From positions 16,926,001-16,990,000 of the forward strand of contig CM120642.1 in NCBI GenBank assembly GCA_051362555.1: 64,000 nucleotides of DNA, in the 5' to 3' direction. The DNA is from Lingula anatina (taxonomy: Eukaryota; Animalia; Brachiopoda). Below, one piece after another: positions 13,044 through 25,195 of this stretch (position 1 is its first letter; the number at the start of each line of letters is the position of its first letter). Both the position numbers and the translations under genes were made by a program. The notes under the pieces were generated by a model. The model ran no database searches and was not told where the DNA came from. It saw only the letters and a program-made list of their open reading frames with translations.

Positions 13044-15060
13044 ATGGCGACGCACGCTAGGATTTTTATTAACTACGCCAACGTGGGTGAGTTAATGCGA
13101 ATACCAGGTCTCACGGAAGACCAAGTGTTTAAAATAGCAGAGTTACGGGAGCAGGTTGGGAATTTAAATGTGCATTTGGTAGAGAATGCGTTGTGCTGTA
13201 GGTTGTCTCCCCGCACCCTGGATATGGTGGACTTTGAACTTAATCAGCCTTTAGGTGTGGGCAGCATGGCTGCTTCATTCAAGTAACAGAGGGTGCCGGA
13301 GAAGATTGGATTCGGAAGCTGGTTATGGCGTAGGTTTTCGGCACGTGAGGATACCAATAACGTCTCCTATCGAGAAAGTGCACCTCACGGAGGTAGCACC
13401 CGGCAGCCAGGAGGCAGTGAGGATTACGTGAGTGCTACTAGCACCCCAGAGGTAGGTGCCTAAGGGATTATTCGGGGACAGTAGACTGGGGAGAGCGACA
13501 CAGCCCCAACCTTTTACCCATAGCCCAGTTAGTAATGTAGTTAAGAATGTAACTAGTGGGGTTCAGCAGGGGGGTCTTCCTGTTCCCCCATATGTTCCCT
13601 ATACACCCAGCCCCACAGGGGGTGGGGTAGCACTAGGTCTTGGGAGTCAAGATAGGGTCGTTTACACCCCTAAATTGTTTACATCAGCCCAGAGGGGGGC
13701 ATTGTAAGGGAGAGTCCCATGTCCGGGGATGTCTGGGAGGAGAGGTATGCTTTTGGCCCAAGGGGTGGAGGAAGTTATTTGGGGTACCCTGGGAATCATA
13801 GCTCCCCAATGGCACAAAGTGATGGCTTTCCAGTCACACACCCTGGGAATCACGGCTCTCCAGTCACGCACCCTGGGAAGCACGGCTTCCCAGCGGCAGG
13901 TAAAGAGGGCCAGGTTACGCACCCTGGGAATCACGGCTTCCCAATGGAAGGAAGTGAATCAAATTTGGGGCACCCTGTGTATCATAGCACTCCAGTGGGG
14001 GGAGGTAGCCAAGGTGAACACCCCGAGAATCATAGCTCCCCAATGGCACAAAGTGATGGCTTTCCAGTCACACACCCTGGGAATCACGGCTCTCCAGTCA
14101 CGCACCCTGGGAAGCACGGCTTCCCAGCAGCAGGTAAAGAGGGCCAGGTTACGCACCCTGGGAATCACGGCTTCCCAATGGAAGGAAGTGAATCAAATTT
14201 GGGGCACCCTGTGTATCATAGCACTCCAGTGGGGAGAGGTAGCCAAGGTGAACACCCCGAGTTCCATGGCTCTCCTATACTTAAACTGGGCACTGCCTCG
14301 TGGAGGACTGCACGGCTCACGGAGCTAGGGGCAGCACAGGACTCAACGGAAAGGAGGAAGGTCAACACTCCTAAGAGCTTAACTTTTAACGGACACGGAA
14401 GTTGGGCTGCCTTTAAGTTGGTTTTCTTACGTCAGGCAGAGAGGGAGGACTGGGATCGTGACATGTTCCTGGATGCACTATGCCTCTGCCTAAAGGGTAA
14501 GGCACTGGAGTGCTGTGTGAACGTCACACGTTTACTTGGAAGACTTATGTACGAGGGTCTCATGGAGGAGTTAGAGACCTGTTATGGAGAAATGGACACG
14601 CCGGCAACGGTCCGGTCACAGTTACATAACGCCGCTCAGGAGGAAAAGGATACGGTGGATGAATGTGGAGTCAGGGTACTGCGTCTGACTTCAGAAGCGT
14701 ATGCTCGGTTGCCCAGGTCATTTGTGGAGTCGGAGACCGTAAGTCGGTCTTGTGCGGGCATTATTGACACCGATGCCCATCAATCAATTTATATGCGACA
14801 GCCAGCCACCTTATGGGAGGCTATGCAGCTGGCTAAAATGCATAGAGAGATGCGAGGTACTATGGAGAATGCTGGAAAGAAATTGTGCTGGGAGCCAAGC
14901 GAGTTAACCAAGTGACATCTGCGGTGGAGGGTTCCAGTTCTGAGTTGGAACAGATGCGTGATACTATCAGGGAAATGGAGAAGGCGTTGAGAGATGTCCG
15001 CCAGGAGCTGAGCAAAAGGTCATCTACCAATTACAGCAATGGAGGTGAATGCACCTGCAG
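13044..15060 (+). pseudogene. Gypsy gag with N-terminal helix-hairpin-helix-like domain and His/Gly/Pro repeats
   Basis: INYANVGELMRIPGL..KIAELREQVG is ComEA/HHH_3-like. The capsid-like segment reads PKSLTFNGHGSWAAFK..LKGKAL..Q...TVDE..AY..PATLWEA. Stops and frameshifts separate the segments. Confidence 0.8.
13794..14261 (+). repeat. In-frame 234-bp tandem duplication in gag
   Basis: Two copies start at 13794 and 14028, with only about 2 differences seen. Confidence 0.95.
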
Positions 15061-15074
15061 GTTTAATGTTCCCA

Positions 15075-15424
15075 CAGAGGAGCATTAGTTATGAATGTCC
15101 AGATAGCTATGCCGCACGGTTGGCAGCTGATCTGAGGGAAGCCCATGAGACGGCTCGGGGTAAACTGCAAGTAGCCTCTAAACGAATGAGAGAGACTACG
15201 ACTTAAGGATTTTGGAACGACCATATGCTGTGGGTGATGCAGAATATGTGCTGGACACTGACGCAACCAAAGGGAAGTGCAAAAAGCTGTGCCCACCATG
15301 GAGGGGCCCCGGTTTGATTGTAGCAAGGCTCAGTTCAAACCTGTTCCGTGTTAAGGTGCGGAATGCAGTCTTTGTGACGAACCATGATAGGTTGAAGCCT
15401 TGTCGTGACAAGAGAGACCTTTAG
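15075..15424 (+). pseudogene. Gypsy integrase C-terminus (GPY/F region)
   Basis: LREAHETARGKLQVASKRMRRDYDLR..YAVGD..KKLCPPWRGP..HDRLKPC. PR, RT, RH and the integrase core are deleted. Confidence 0.9.
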
Positions 15425-16241
15425 TTACCGGACACGTACTGAAAATCGCGCCAAGACGACGTGTAAGGTCACGTGACATCCCGAACTACGCGTACTTCTG
15501 GCGTGAGTCTTCTCATGCTCAACGTGTATTCGAAAGCTACAAGTACAAGACAGAATGTGAGTAATAATTTCACTTTTTTGTACTTAAGAAATATAATTTG
15601 AAAACAATGTCAAATGAAATGTTGTACAATATTTACTGAAGAACCAAAGGGCGTTTGTTATAAAGTTTGTTTATAAGGTTTAAAGCAGTTATCGATAAGA
15701 CAAGACAAGACCCTACAAGTTGAGTAATTCCATTGAAAATTGTTGTTGGTGGGCATACTTCGTTTATGCAGCAAAGATCTAAACTATGCCCATGAATTCA
15801 TTCTTTCGGTGTGGCAGTACAGCAGGGTTGCTCCGACTATGCAATCGTATCTGTGCTTTCATTTTCGGGAAAAATTGTACTGGCCAAAATGACTGGGAGG
15901 TGGTTGGGGTGGAGGATCGCGAAAAAAATATTGGTATGGTATTTTTATTCCGGATTTCAGATTACATGGATATTTGTTTCACCTACAATAAATTAAAGTG
16001 AAACCAAAAATAAAAGTGACATATTTCATAAATACTTAAGAAAACCCCCTGAATTCATTACTAGTATTATTTTTCATGTTATTTTTTGGTGGATATAATT
16101 ATTCCAGCAGTACTATTGTTGGTTTTACAGTTGGTTGAATAATCCTGGTAGTATTATTTTTAATTTGTAGATTTTTTTTTCATTTGGTGGTACAGTTATT
16201 CCTTCAAAGTATCTTGTTTTAGGTTTAGCGGTGAGTAGAAA

Positions 16242-16478
16242 ATGGCAACTACATGTAGTGTCAACAGAAAAAAACAAATATGTTTTGGAGTTTATCAAGA
16301 TATTCAGCTTTTGAGAGAAGTGACATCAGAAAACCCATTTGAAAATACTAATGGATGGCTAAATGTAGCAGAGGCCTTGCAGTCAGGGGGATTACATATC
16401 GATGCCAGAAGAGCAAGAGAGAGGACTAAATTACTGCTGGAGTATTTTCAAAAAGACAACATGGAAAATCTATGCAAG
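16242..16478 (+). pseudogene. Myb/SANT-like exon of PIF/Harbinger-type accessory gene (fragment)
   Basis: DIQLLREV..ENPFE...W..VAEAL..ARRARERTKLLLEYF, ending at a GT donor. Downstream exons not found. Confidence 0.6.
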
Positions 16479-16683
16479 TATGGGTTTTTAAAAATATTTA
16501 TGCTATAGTGCTACTTGAATTTTACAACCAACTTGAATGTATTTGTGTCTTGTTTAATCATTCTGATTCTAATTCTTTAGTAGCCATATACATGTATATA
16601 AAACAGGCCAGATCAAAATCTAGTCCAGATCCTCAATGGATCTTTGCATTATTTACATGATAATGAGCATGTTAATTGGTTAA

Positions 16684-19600
16684 GGAGCGGATGTACCCAA
16701 ATATAGCTAAAAATAGCCATTTTTGGTTTTTTATGTCTAATTATTGGTTAAATGTGTATTTAACGTTTAACAGAATAAAATTTTTACATTTTGAACAAAA
16801 AATTTGTTTTTTCTGATTATTCTGATGCTGCACACATCGACAGCGGTGGCCTGGTATATGCCCCGCCTTCGTTGTCAAGGGCCGTTGGCATGGGTAAACT
16901 CGGTGGGCGGACCTTAGCAGCATCAGCACGTCTAGGGAAACAATAGAACAGGGATGCGCCATGCCCCCTTTGTCATAAACAGCGATCGGCAAAGCAGTGC
17001 CTATTGTTCCGCTTAAGCTGTTTTGATAGTCTCTCTTGATTGTGATCAGCGCTAAGATGAATCTTTTCCGACACATTGGATTTGCTCGAAATACTCGTTC
17101 TCCCTTGAATATTGCTTGTTGTTACACGCGTTCTTTCGATTTTCTTGTTAACTTTTTGAGATACGCAAAAGAAAAGAAGAAAATTCCGTTGCTTGCTACC
17201 CGTGACAACAATCGTCATTCTTTCTATCCATTTTCGCCAACAGGTCGATGCAGTTTAGTGTTAGATTTTAAAAATATACATGGGGGTAACTAGGCATACG
17301 CACGGATGCACTGTGCGTACATTTTTTTGGCCAACCATGATATTATTTTATATAAATTTAGTGTATTTTTCACGGAATATAAAGAAATTCTCTGCTTATT
17401 AAAGTCACCTGTATGGAATATACTGGAATAACACACAAGATTGTTTTGCGTAAATACAAGACTTGAGCCCACACCCTAGCATAATTATTCACTGGGTGGC
17501 GCATAGGTTCAATACATGTGCATTAAAGAAAGTAAAGCAAATAAATCTAATGATATCGCTAGACTCCGCGCGAACTATATCAGGCTGAGATCACGAAAGA
17601 GCTTATTATAAACATTTTGATTTTTCCGAATTATGAGCTGGAGAATTAGCCTTAGCATCAATTCTAGGTACAGTTCTGGATTCATGTACGCACTTTAACC
17701 CCATAGAGCCCGTCACCGCATATGTGCGGTTCAATTATCGCTTACCCCAAACGCCCAGAACCGCATATGTGCGTATCTTGGAAAGATCGTCTTCTGTACT
17801 CTTTTGTATCGTGAGTCATGAAATGATATATAGTTTAACATCCGGGTATGTTTCTTGTCTCTCATTGCCACCATTTTTAAAGGCGATAGAAATACATATG
17901 AGCGAGAAAACGGCGATTTTCAAGACTTAGTTGGAGAAAGTAAAATCAAGATGGCGGCTCCTCGCTACGGTAGGGACCTGCGAAGGGATACTGTTATTGA
18001 AATGATTGAAAATCCGGACTTTGAAGAGAAGTTTTCGTGTGACAGTAACATAGACAGTAGCATTGATATTCATTTATTTATGATATAAAGGACGATAGAA
18101 ATATATATGAGCGAGAAATCGGCAATTTTCTAGACCTAGCTGGTGAAAGTAAAATCAAAATGGCGACTTCTCACTACGGAAGGGGCCTGCGAATGAATAC
18201 TGTTATTGAAATGATTGAAAACTACGACACTGATAAGGTGTTTTCGAGTGACAGTGATATAGACAGTGGGGATGATATTCCTTTATTCTTGATATAAGTT
18301 TTAAAGATGTTTTTGTCATAGATGGTGAAAAAATTTGACTTCTATTCAGCTCTGGCCACGATGTTCAGGTGAGCTGAAAAGCTGGTATACCTGATAGCAA
18401 ACGATCATAACTTAAAAATTGATAGAGATAATTTGCTGAAATTTCCTGGATTGAAAATTACTATAATTGACATCATCCTTGTGAATTTTCAGGCAAATGC
18501 ATGTAGAAATAAAAAATTGATGTGCATAAGATAAATCAACTTTGTTTTATTTTACCCATTACCAAATGAAAATGTAGTTTTTAACCGGCTATAACTTTTG
18601 ATGCTGCATGTAAAATTTAAATGTAATTCTATTTTCATTTAGCCTGAAATATTGGCTTTTTAAAAATGTATACTTTGTATGAGTAATAAAGTCAAACAAA
18701 TAAATTATGACCAATTTACTGAGGTGACACGGCTTTTCAAGGCTAGCTCACAGAATTAATTGGGCACAGCAGAGCTTTATGGGTCAGCATTAACTGGATC
18801 CTATGGGGTTAAAGGCCGACATAGTGTTTTTTTTTTTCTTCAACAATTATCGCAGAATTTTTCCTGACTCACCCAACTTTAGACATTTCCTCTAACAAAG
18901 CCTTTCTGGTTGCGTCTATTTCTTGTTGTTGGTGGTCCGATCGGCGTCCTGTAACACGACCGTGTTTTCGAACCATTTTTCGCTTGGCGAATGTGGACAA
19001 GACCGCATGCGATGCTGCTATTGTGTGCACATCCTAGAGCGCATCCCTAACACTTGCCCCGACGGCAATTGACGTGGCCACTGATTGCTTGGGTCATTAG
19101 GGCTTACTTGATTGCCTGTCAATCATTCTGGCAGTGCTAGCGGTAACCCCTTGAAGTTACTAACAGGAGGTGAGATTGATACAAAAATAAGATTTTCTGA
19201 CATCCAAATACATGCAAACAAGCTAATTTCAACCGGCACAAGAGTACCCATCTTCGCGATCGTCAGAACGATAACAGGTAAAGCTGTCAACAATTTTATT
19301 TGCTTATATGGACAATTAACTTCACTGAAAGGGTTTTTGCTCGTTTTCTTTGCTTTCAATATTGACGAGATAGCGTTATCTTAACAAGCTTTAACTATCT
19401 ACCTGTACACCTGAGGGAGACCAAATTCACCATGCTAATTATGAACAGTATGCTCTAAAAGTGCTTTTTAAGAAATTTTGATTGATCCTCTCTTTTCTAA
19501 TTTATAGACTTTGAAAGTGAAAATTCCCTAATATTTTGATGTAATTTCACGTTTTTATAGATAAAATCAACAATAAGTGTCTGAAGAAAAATCCCTGACT

Positions 19601-19854
19601 CCATGCTGTAGTACTTTGTTCAAGTGTCATAATGACATCAAAAGCAAGTTTATAGCTGTCCAGGTGCCTGAGAAAATCAGGTGTATAAAAATGGTGTTTT
19701 TGTCCCCAAAATCCCAATATTACGTCACACGATGAAGTTAAAGCTGTGTTCCAAGCATAATTAGATATTTTGAAGATACGTTAAATGAATGTGACAGGAA
19801 TAAAAAAGCCTAGACCTTTATTTTAAGAGAAAATCTCAAACCTACATTCCCTCC
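16684..19854. mobile_element. Kolobok-like non-autonomous DNA transposon
   Basis: TTAA at both sides (16680-16683, 19855-19858). GG termini with an imperfect 12-bp TIR, ggagcggatgta / tacattccctcc. Confidence 0.65.
17699..18808 (+). mobile_element. Non-autonomous piggyBac nested in the Kolobok-like element
   Basis: TTAA|CCCCATAG...CTATGGGG|TTAA. Subterminal palindrome accgcatatgtgcggt. Internal ~210-bp tandem duplication of an acidic N-terminal coding remnant. Confidence 0.85.
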
Positions 19855-19942
19855 TTAAGTAATTTAGAGGTGAGCTGCCAATTTGTTGGGCTGGCGTGTG
19901 TAATTACGTAGTGCATGTTATAGGTTAGTAAGAAAACATCTG

Positions 19943-21931
19943 GTGATGATGCTTTTTAAATATAGCGCTAGTAAACGTAAGTCAGATGAAGAAACAGCAC
20001 CGCAAGATTCATCCCCTGTTAAGAAGCCAAAACAGGCAAAACGGGAGAAAAAGTTCCAACAAAAATGGATCAATGAGTTCGACTGGTTAAGGTTTGACTC
20101 GGGGGGAAAATGTTTTGCAAGTCGTGCGAGGCAGCTAGCAAGTCAAGTAAGTCTCTGTCTTCAAATGCATTTGTGAAGCGATGATCACGCACTGTCTAAA
20201 AAACTTCAGACTCAAAAGCGCTATTTGTCGGCCGCTCGAAAGTGTGTTTCTCAGTCGTATATGCCAATTTTAGAGGCCCAGATCTCAACGGCAATGTGGC
20301 TTGCTGAATAAAACCTCCCAAACCGAAAATATTTGAAACTCAGTGACCTTCAACTTGCAAACAGTGCCTCTGTTTTTTCAAATAAGAAAGGCATATATAC
20401 AAACCACCAAGCCCCAGCTAACTTTCAAAAGTACATTGCCGATGTGCTAAAAGAAACTGCTTTGGTTCCTATCAGAGATAGTCCATTTATTGGAATTATG
20501 ACAGACGAATTTCTTGACATTGCTACCAATAAAAAATTAATCATGTTTTGCAGAATAATTTGTAATGGGGAACTAAGAGTTGAATTTTGTGCAAACATTT
20601 CAATTGCAGATGGTAAGGCTGACACTCTGTATAACAGCATACTGAATTGGTTGCAGGAAATTGGTGTGGGAATTAATAAAATAAGTGGATTTGGAAGTGA
20701 TGGGGCGTCAGTAATGACTGGCAGGTTGAATGGTGTTGGGGTGAAACTAAAGGCTGACAATCCCAGAATTATACATATCTGGTGTGCTGCACATAGATTA
20801 GCACTGGCATCTTACTGGGCAGCTAAGCATGTACCATATCTTGATACTGTGAATGAAATGTTGGTTGCCATCTACAATTTTTATCAGCATTCAGCTTGCA
20901 GGTACAACAAAGTGAGAGAGTTACAAAAAATCTTAGGTCAAAAGGTGAAAAGTTTTTAAAAACCAACCCAGGTAAGGTGGTTATCTATGTCAGATGCAGT
21001 GAAAAACTGTTATGACTCTTACTCTGCACTCATTCTTAGCTTGGAACATGAACAAGCGAGCAATGATCCCAGAAGTGAAGGTGCACAGAAGGCAAAGGGT
21101 ATGTTGAGAAAAATGAAATGTTTCAAATTCATTTGCACCCTCAGTCTTTTGAAAGATATCCTGCATTTACTGGACACTGCTTCAAAAACATTTCAGAAAG
21201 ATACAATCGATATTCATCAGTTGAAAAGCATGATTACTGCCACAGTAAACACCATTGAGTCATACAATGATGAAGATCCTGTTACACTGCAGGATACAAT
21301 AGAGCAAATTGAAGAAACCTCTGAATTTAGGGGTATATCAATCGCATGCAACCTGAGAGACAGACTTGAATTGACCAGAATGAAGAGGAGGTATTTACAG
21401 GAGATAGTTAGAGAGATCAGTGAAAGGTTTCCTGATACAGAGTTGGGGATTCTGAATGATCTGAACTGTATTTTGAACCCCAAACTGTTGCCAAATGATC
21501 AAGCAGGCATTGGTAGGCATGGGGAGGATAGTCTTGAAAGGTGTATTGACAAGTATAGTCCGAGTGCAGAGCCATTGATTAATTCAGAGGCTGCAAGAAA
21601 CAATTTTCTCCAGTTCAAGCATCTTATGAATGTGAACAGAGAGTTACAGCTGCAGGAGTTCTGCACTCTTATAATGACAGACTACAAAGAAACTTTTCCT
21701 GACTTTGCGACCCTGGAAGCAATTCTCATGACCTGTCCATTAACTTCAGTGCCATGTGAAAGGGGCTTTTCACTCCAAAATAGACATCATTGTGCATCAA
21801 CCAATGTCAGAACAGTTGACAATGTTGAAAATAGGATGCACACTGAGTTTGGCTCAAAACAACCTGGATACAAGGACGACAGACCTAACATCTTGAGGCA
21901 GGCAGCTGAAAAGTTTCAGCAAAATCACTAA
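19943..21931 (+). pseudogene. hAT transposase, ZNF862-like, disrupted
   Basis: FQQKWINEFDWL zinc-finger start, MTDE.LD, GSDGASVM, CAAHRLAL, VRWLS and PLTSVPCERGFS. Frameshifts near 20110 and 20955 plus internal stops. Confidence 0.92.
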
Positions 21932-22034
21932 TTCATCTCATTGAAACAGTAAGTACATAGACAGCTACATGAAGACAAGTACTGCTGAATGTCCAAGGCA
22001 ATTTGTTAATGACACCATTTTCTTTTACTGGTAG

Positions 22035-22170
22035 ATTATGGAGATGAAATGCTGAAGGAGATTTACAGTGGAATGTTGAATACACTAGTAAATGGTGGCT
22101 TTGACAGTGACTGTAGCTTGTCTGAGCTGTTAACAGAATGGGTGTTTTTGAAGTCTTATGTGTACAATAG
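22035..22170 (+). pseudogene. Orphan exon resembling a second hAT transposase C-terminal region
   Basis: AG...GTAAGT-bounded segment reading DYGDEMLKEIY..LLTEWVFLKSYVYN. Confidence 0.35.
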
Positions 22171-22414
22171 GTAAGTAATTGTTATAAACAAGTAATGACA
22201 GAGAAACCATTTATTGAATAGTATTAATAATTAATTTATTGTTGTGGTAAAAATTGTTATTAATTGAGTCTTCCTTCTGCCATGCAGACTTCTACCTCAG
22301 CCACCATCTCCTTCCACTTTTGACTGTCCATCTAGAAATAGAATCAGCATGCCCACAAGATTTTTGTTTTGAATGTTAATAAATGCATTGTTTGAACTCT
22401 TGGTTAAGCTCAAC

Positions 22415-23553
22415 ACTGGGAATCACTGAGCGGAGGTTGGCAGCCCTCCACTACTTGAAGAAACGGATTGTGGGGTCTCACTTGACCCTGGAGACGCTGT
22501 TGGATGCTGCCAGTGTGGAGGACAGGGGTGGCCCTGTTGACCAAGTGGGCATAGACGCCCTCAGAGAACATATGTGGCTTGGAACGTCCAGCCGCATACC
22601 ACAGCTGCTGAGATGGGAGGTGTTACTGGATCTGATAACCTTGATCCAGGGGCAGGAGGAGTTCCGCTCCTTGTTTAGCCCATCACCTGAGGAGCTGCAG
22701 ATGCTGCCTCAGTCTCCAGTGGGGCTGACTCCCACTGTCACATCGACCGAACTAGGACAAAACTGTCCCTGGACGCCGGGGTCAGTTTGAAGGAAATACT
22801 GGCAGCAGTTCCCACGGTGGAACCAGTGAAGATTGATGGGTTCACAGCTGTTTACTGTGACCTGAACCATTACCCCAGGGAGGGAGAAATGGAATCTATT
22901 AAGAGGGAAGGTGGGGTCATTGCCATCGGAATGCACCCGCGACACCACTGCACCTCAGCAGAATGGGCTAAGTTCTAGTCCATCATTAACCACCCCTCAG
23001 TCACGGCACTGGGGGAGGTTGGTTTGGATGTCGGTGATGCCGTCCAGGTAAGCTGTGTCACTTGGAGGCTGCCCCTCATTTTTTGGAGCCTAATCATGTC
23101 CTAGTTCTCCACGGGAGAGGGTTGAGCACGAGTACAGAAGCTGATGACGCGATCTGGCATTTTATTTTGGATAAATTGAGAGCTGTGGGTATAGGGACCC
23201 GACAGCTGATACATTGTCATTGTTTCCTGGGATCTCCAGATATGGTACGTTCCTTTATCTGCTATTACCCGAATAAGTATTTTGGCGTCATGGGGTGCTT
23301 TGCAGAGCAGGAAGGGCCGTTTAACGCCAAGGCGCGTGACATGCTTAGGACCCTACCTCTTGAGAAGCTGCTTTTGGAGACAGATTCTCCATATTTCAAT
23401 ATCCAGCAGAACAAATGTTCCACACCTGCTCTCCTTGGTCACGTGGCCAAGTTAGTCGCAGAGATTAGAGGTGAGCGATGGCGGGAACTCCTATGCCAAA
23501 CCAGGGACAACGCACGGCGTTTATACCTGGAAAAGAGAGGCCCAGATGCTTAG
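22415..23553 (+). pseudogene. TatD-family DNase (TATDN2-like) cargo of Gypsy element B, disrupted
   Basis: AVYCD, IGMHP, ALGEVGLD, VLHGR, IHCHCF.G, LLLETDSPY and T.DNARRLY occur in the correct order. Intronless. Stop at 22976-22978, frameshifts, and no visible N-terminal DxHxH. Confidence 0.92.
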
Positions 23554-23733
23554 AAGGGCAAGGGTGACCAGGATCAGTAGTTGTGATGGGACGCCTGTCA
23601 CAGCTGCGAGCACCTACTCCCCTCGAGTACCACGGGGACAGGAGGAGATTTTCCCTTTCCCACAGAGGATAGAGAATTTTTTGGATGGCTAGGCACTGAC
23701 ACGGCCGAGAAGGCACAGTCCTTCAAGGTAAAA

Positions 23734-23948
23734 TGTGCCTAGGGGTCAAGAGTTGACCCGGAAGTGTGTCACTGGACATGCGCAGTGACGAGAAGCGCTA
23801 GATAGTGTGTGGCACGTGGAAGACGCGAAGACGTGAAAATACAGTGACAAGTAGAAAAGTGAACAAATCTCGGAATTGGCTGACCATCTGGCCAAGGTAA
23901 GAACTTTTACTTTTACTCGACCCGCTGATACATAGCCCCGGTGCTATA
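23734..23948 (+). repeat. 3' LTR of element B
   Basis: Direct repeat of 12572-12790. The first bases and the PPT are eroded. Followed by the TSD GACT. Confidence 0.95.
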
Positions 23949-24204
23949 GACTCAAACGCCCGTATTCTATAAGGTCACTCACACTCACACTCAACTGAGT
24001 TTCACTCAAGTGTGGCTGAAGAGTAACTCAAGTGTGAGTGTGAGTGTGATCTCAATGAAATGAGTGACTACTCACACTCATTGAATGATACATGTGTTCA
24101 CTTTCACTAAGCTCACTCAACTGTGACTCAGTTAAGTGACACTTGAGTAATAGTTCCTTGTATTGAGTGTGCACATCACTTTAGTCAGTCTGACTGCAGT
24201 CACC

Positions 24205-25097
24205 ATGTCCAGACAATACTTCTCTGAGCTAGAGAAGTCTCTACTGACTGAATTAGTGGACAAAAACAAATCCGTTCTGGAATGTAAAAAAAATGACTTC
24301 AAAATGATCAAGCAGAAAAACGATACATGGGAAAGCTTGTCAGAGGAGTTCAACTCGCAAGGTGGGGTGAAGAAACGGGACAGCAAGCAACTAAAAAAAT
24401 GCTGGGAAAATATAAAATCTCGGGCTAAGAAGTCTATTGCAAAGGAAAAGAGGGAAGCAAAGCTGACTGGTGTCGGTTGAAGTAGTGTTGCGGATGAAAC
24501 TGCCTCTGCTGTAGCAGCCATTATACCATCACAGATCGACAGTTTGTCCAACCCCCATGATGATGACAATGTGGAGCAAGGTATTTATTCGTAGTAGTTA
24601 CCTAGAATGCTGTTTATTATTACTGCTATTGATGATATTGTAATCACCTGTATAAATAGATTGTCATATTTTCCGCACACTATTAAGTTATTTGAATGTA
24701 TATGACAAAGTATAACTGTAAAATGGTTACTTTATTGCAATACTTCATTACAGATAAACAAGATGCTGTACGCGACGATCAGCATGACATTCAACATGAT
24801 AGCCATGTTGATGATGAACCCACTCCATCAACTGTCACTATTACAGATCTAGATGAGACTGGAAAGCAACCCACTTCATCAACTCCACCGGTCAGAAAAA
24901 CCCAGGTCACTCCTGCTCAATCCCGATGCTTGGCAATGCAGCAAGAACAACACCGTGCTGAACTCGAGTACCTGAAGAAGAAGATGGAGTACATGGAAGA
25001 AGAACATAAAAGAAAAATGGAAGTGCTTGATGCTGAGTTAAGTTACTGGAATAAACAGGGCAAAAAGAAGAAGAAAACTGAAATCCAAAATGGGTGA
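24205..25097 (+). pseudogene. Harbinger Myb/SANT-like DNA-binding gene with a single premature stop
   Basis: Exons 24205-24580 and 24754-25097 (GT-AG, phase consistent). [25 protein letters not shown]. In-frame TGA at 24478-24480. Confidence 0.85.
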
Positions 25098-25195
25098 TGA
25101 ATCAGTAGATGCTTAAAGAACTGCTGCCATTATTGTATGATTTGGTATTGACTCAATAAATAGTTCATGCAAATACTTACTTTGTTGTTGTCCTT

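Larger units (their letters stand above)
12572..23948 (+). mobile_element. Gypsy LTR retrotransposon (element B) carrying TatD; internally deleted, with nested TEs
   Basis: Two ~217-bp LTRs, ~94% identical by manual alignment. 4-bp TSD GACT (12568-12571 / 23949-23952). PBS tggtggcagc. Contains gag, the integrase C-terminus and TatD. Confidence 0.93.

Noticed and set aside
16741-19384. ORFs inside the Kolobok-like element as a transposase
   Set aside because: No recognisable DDE or THAP motifs in the short ORFs.
22415-23553. TatD as bacterial contamination or a host gene
   Set aside because: It lies between paired LTRs with a TSD, is disrupted, and has no operon context or introns.
24478-24480. 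TGA as selenocysteine or programmed read-through
   Set aside because: The position corresponds to a Gly-rich motif and no SECIS was recognised. A point mutation is simpler.
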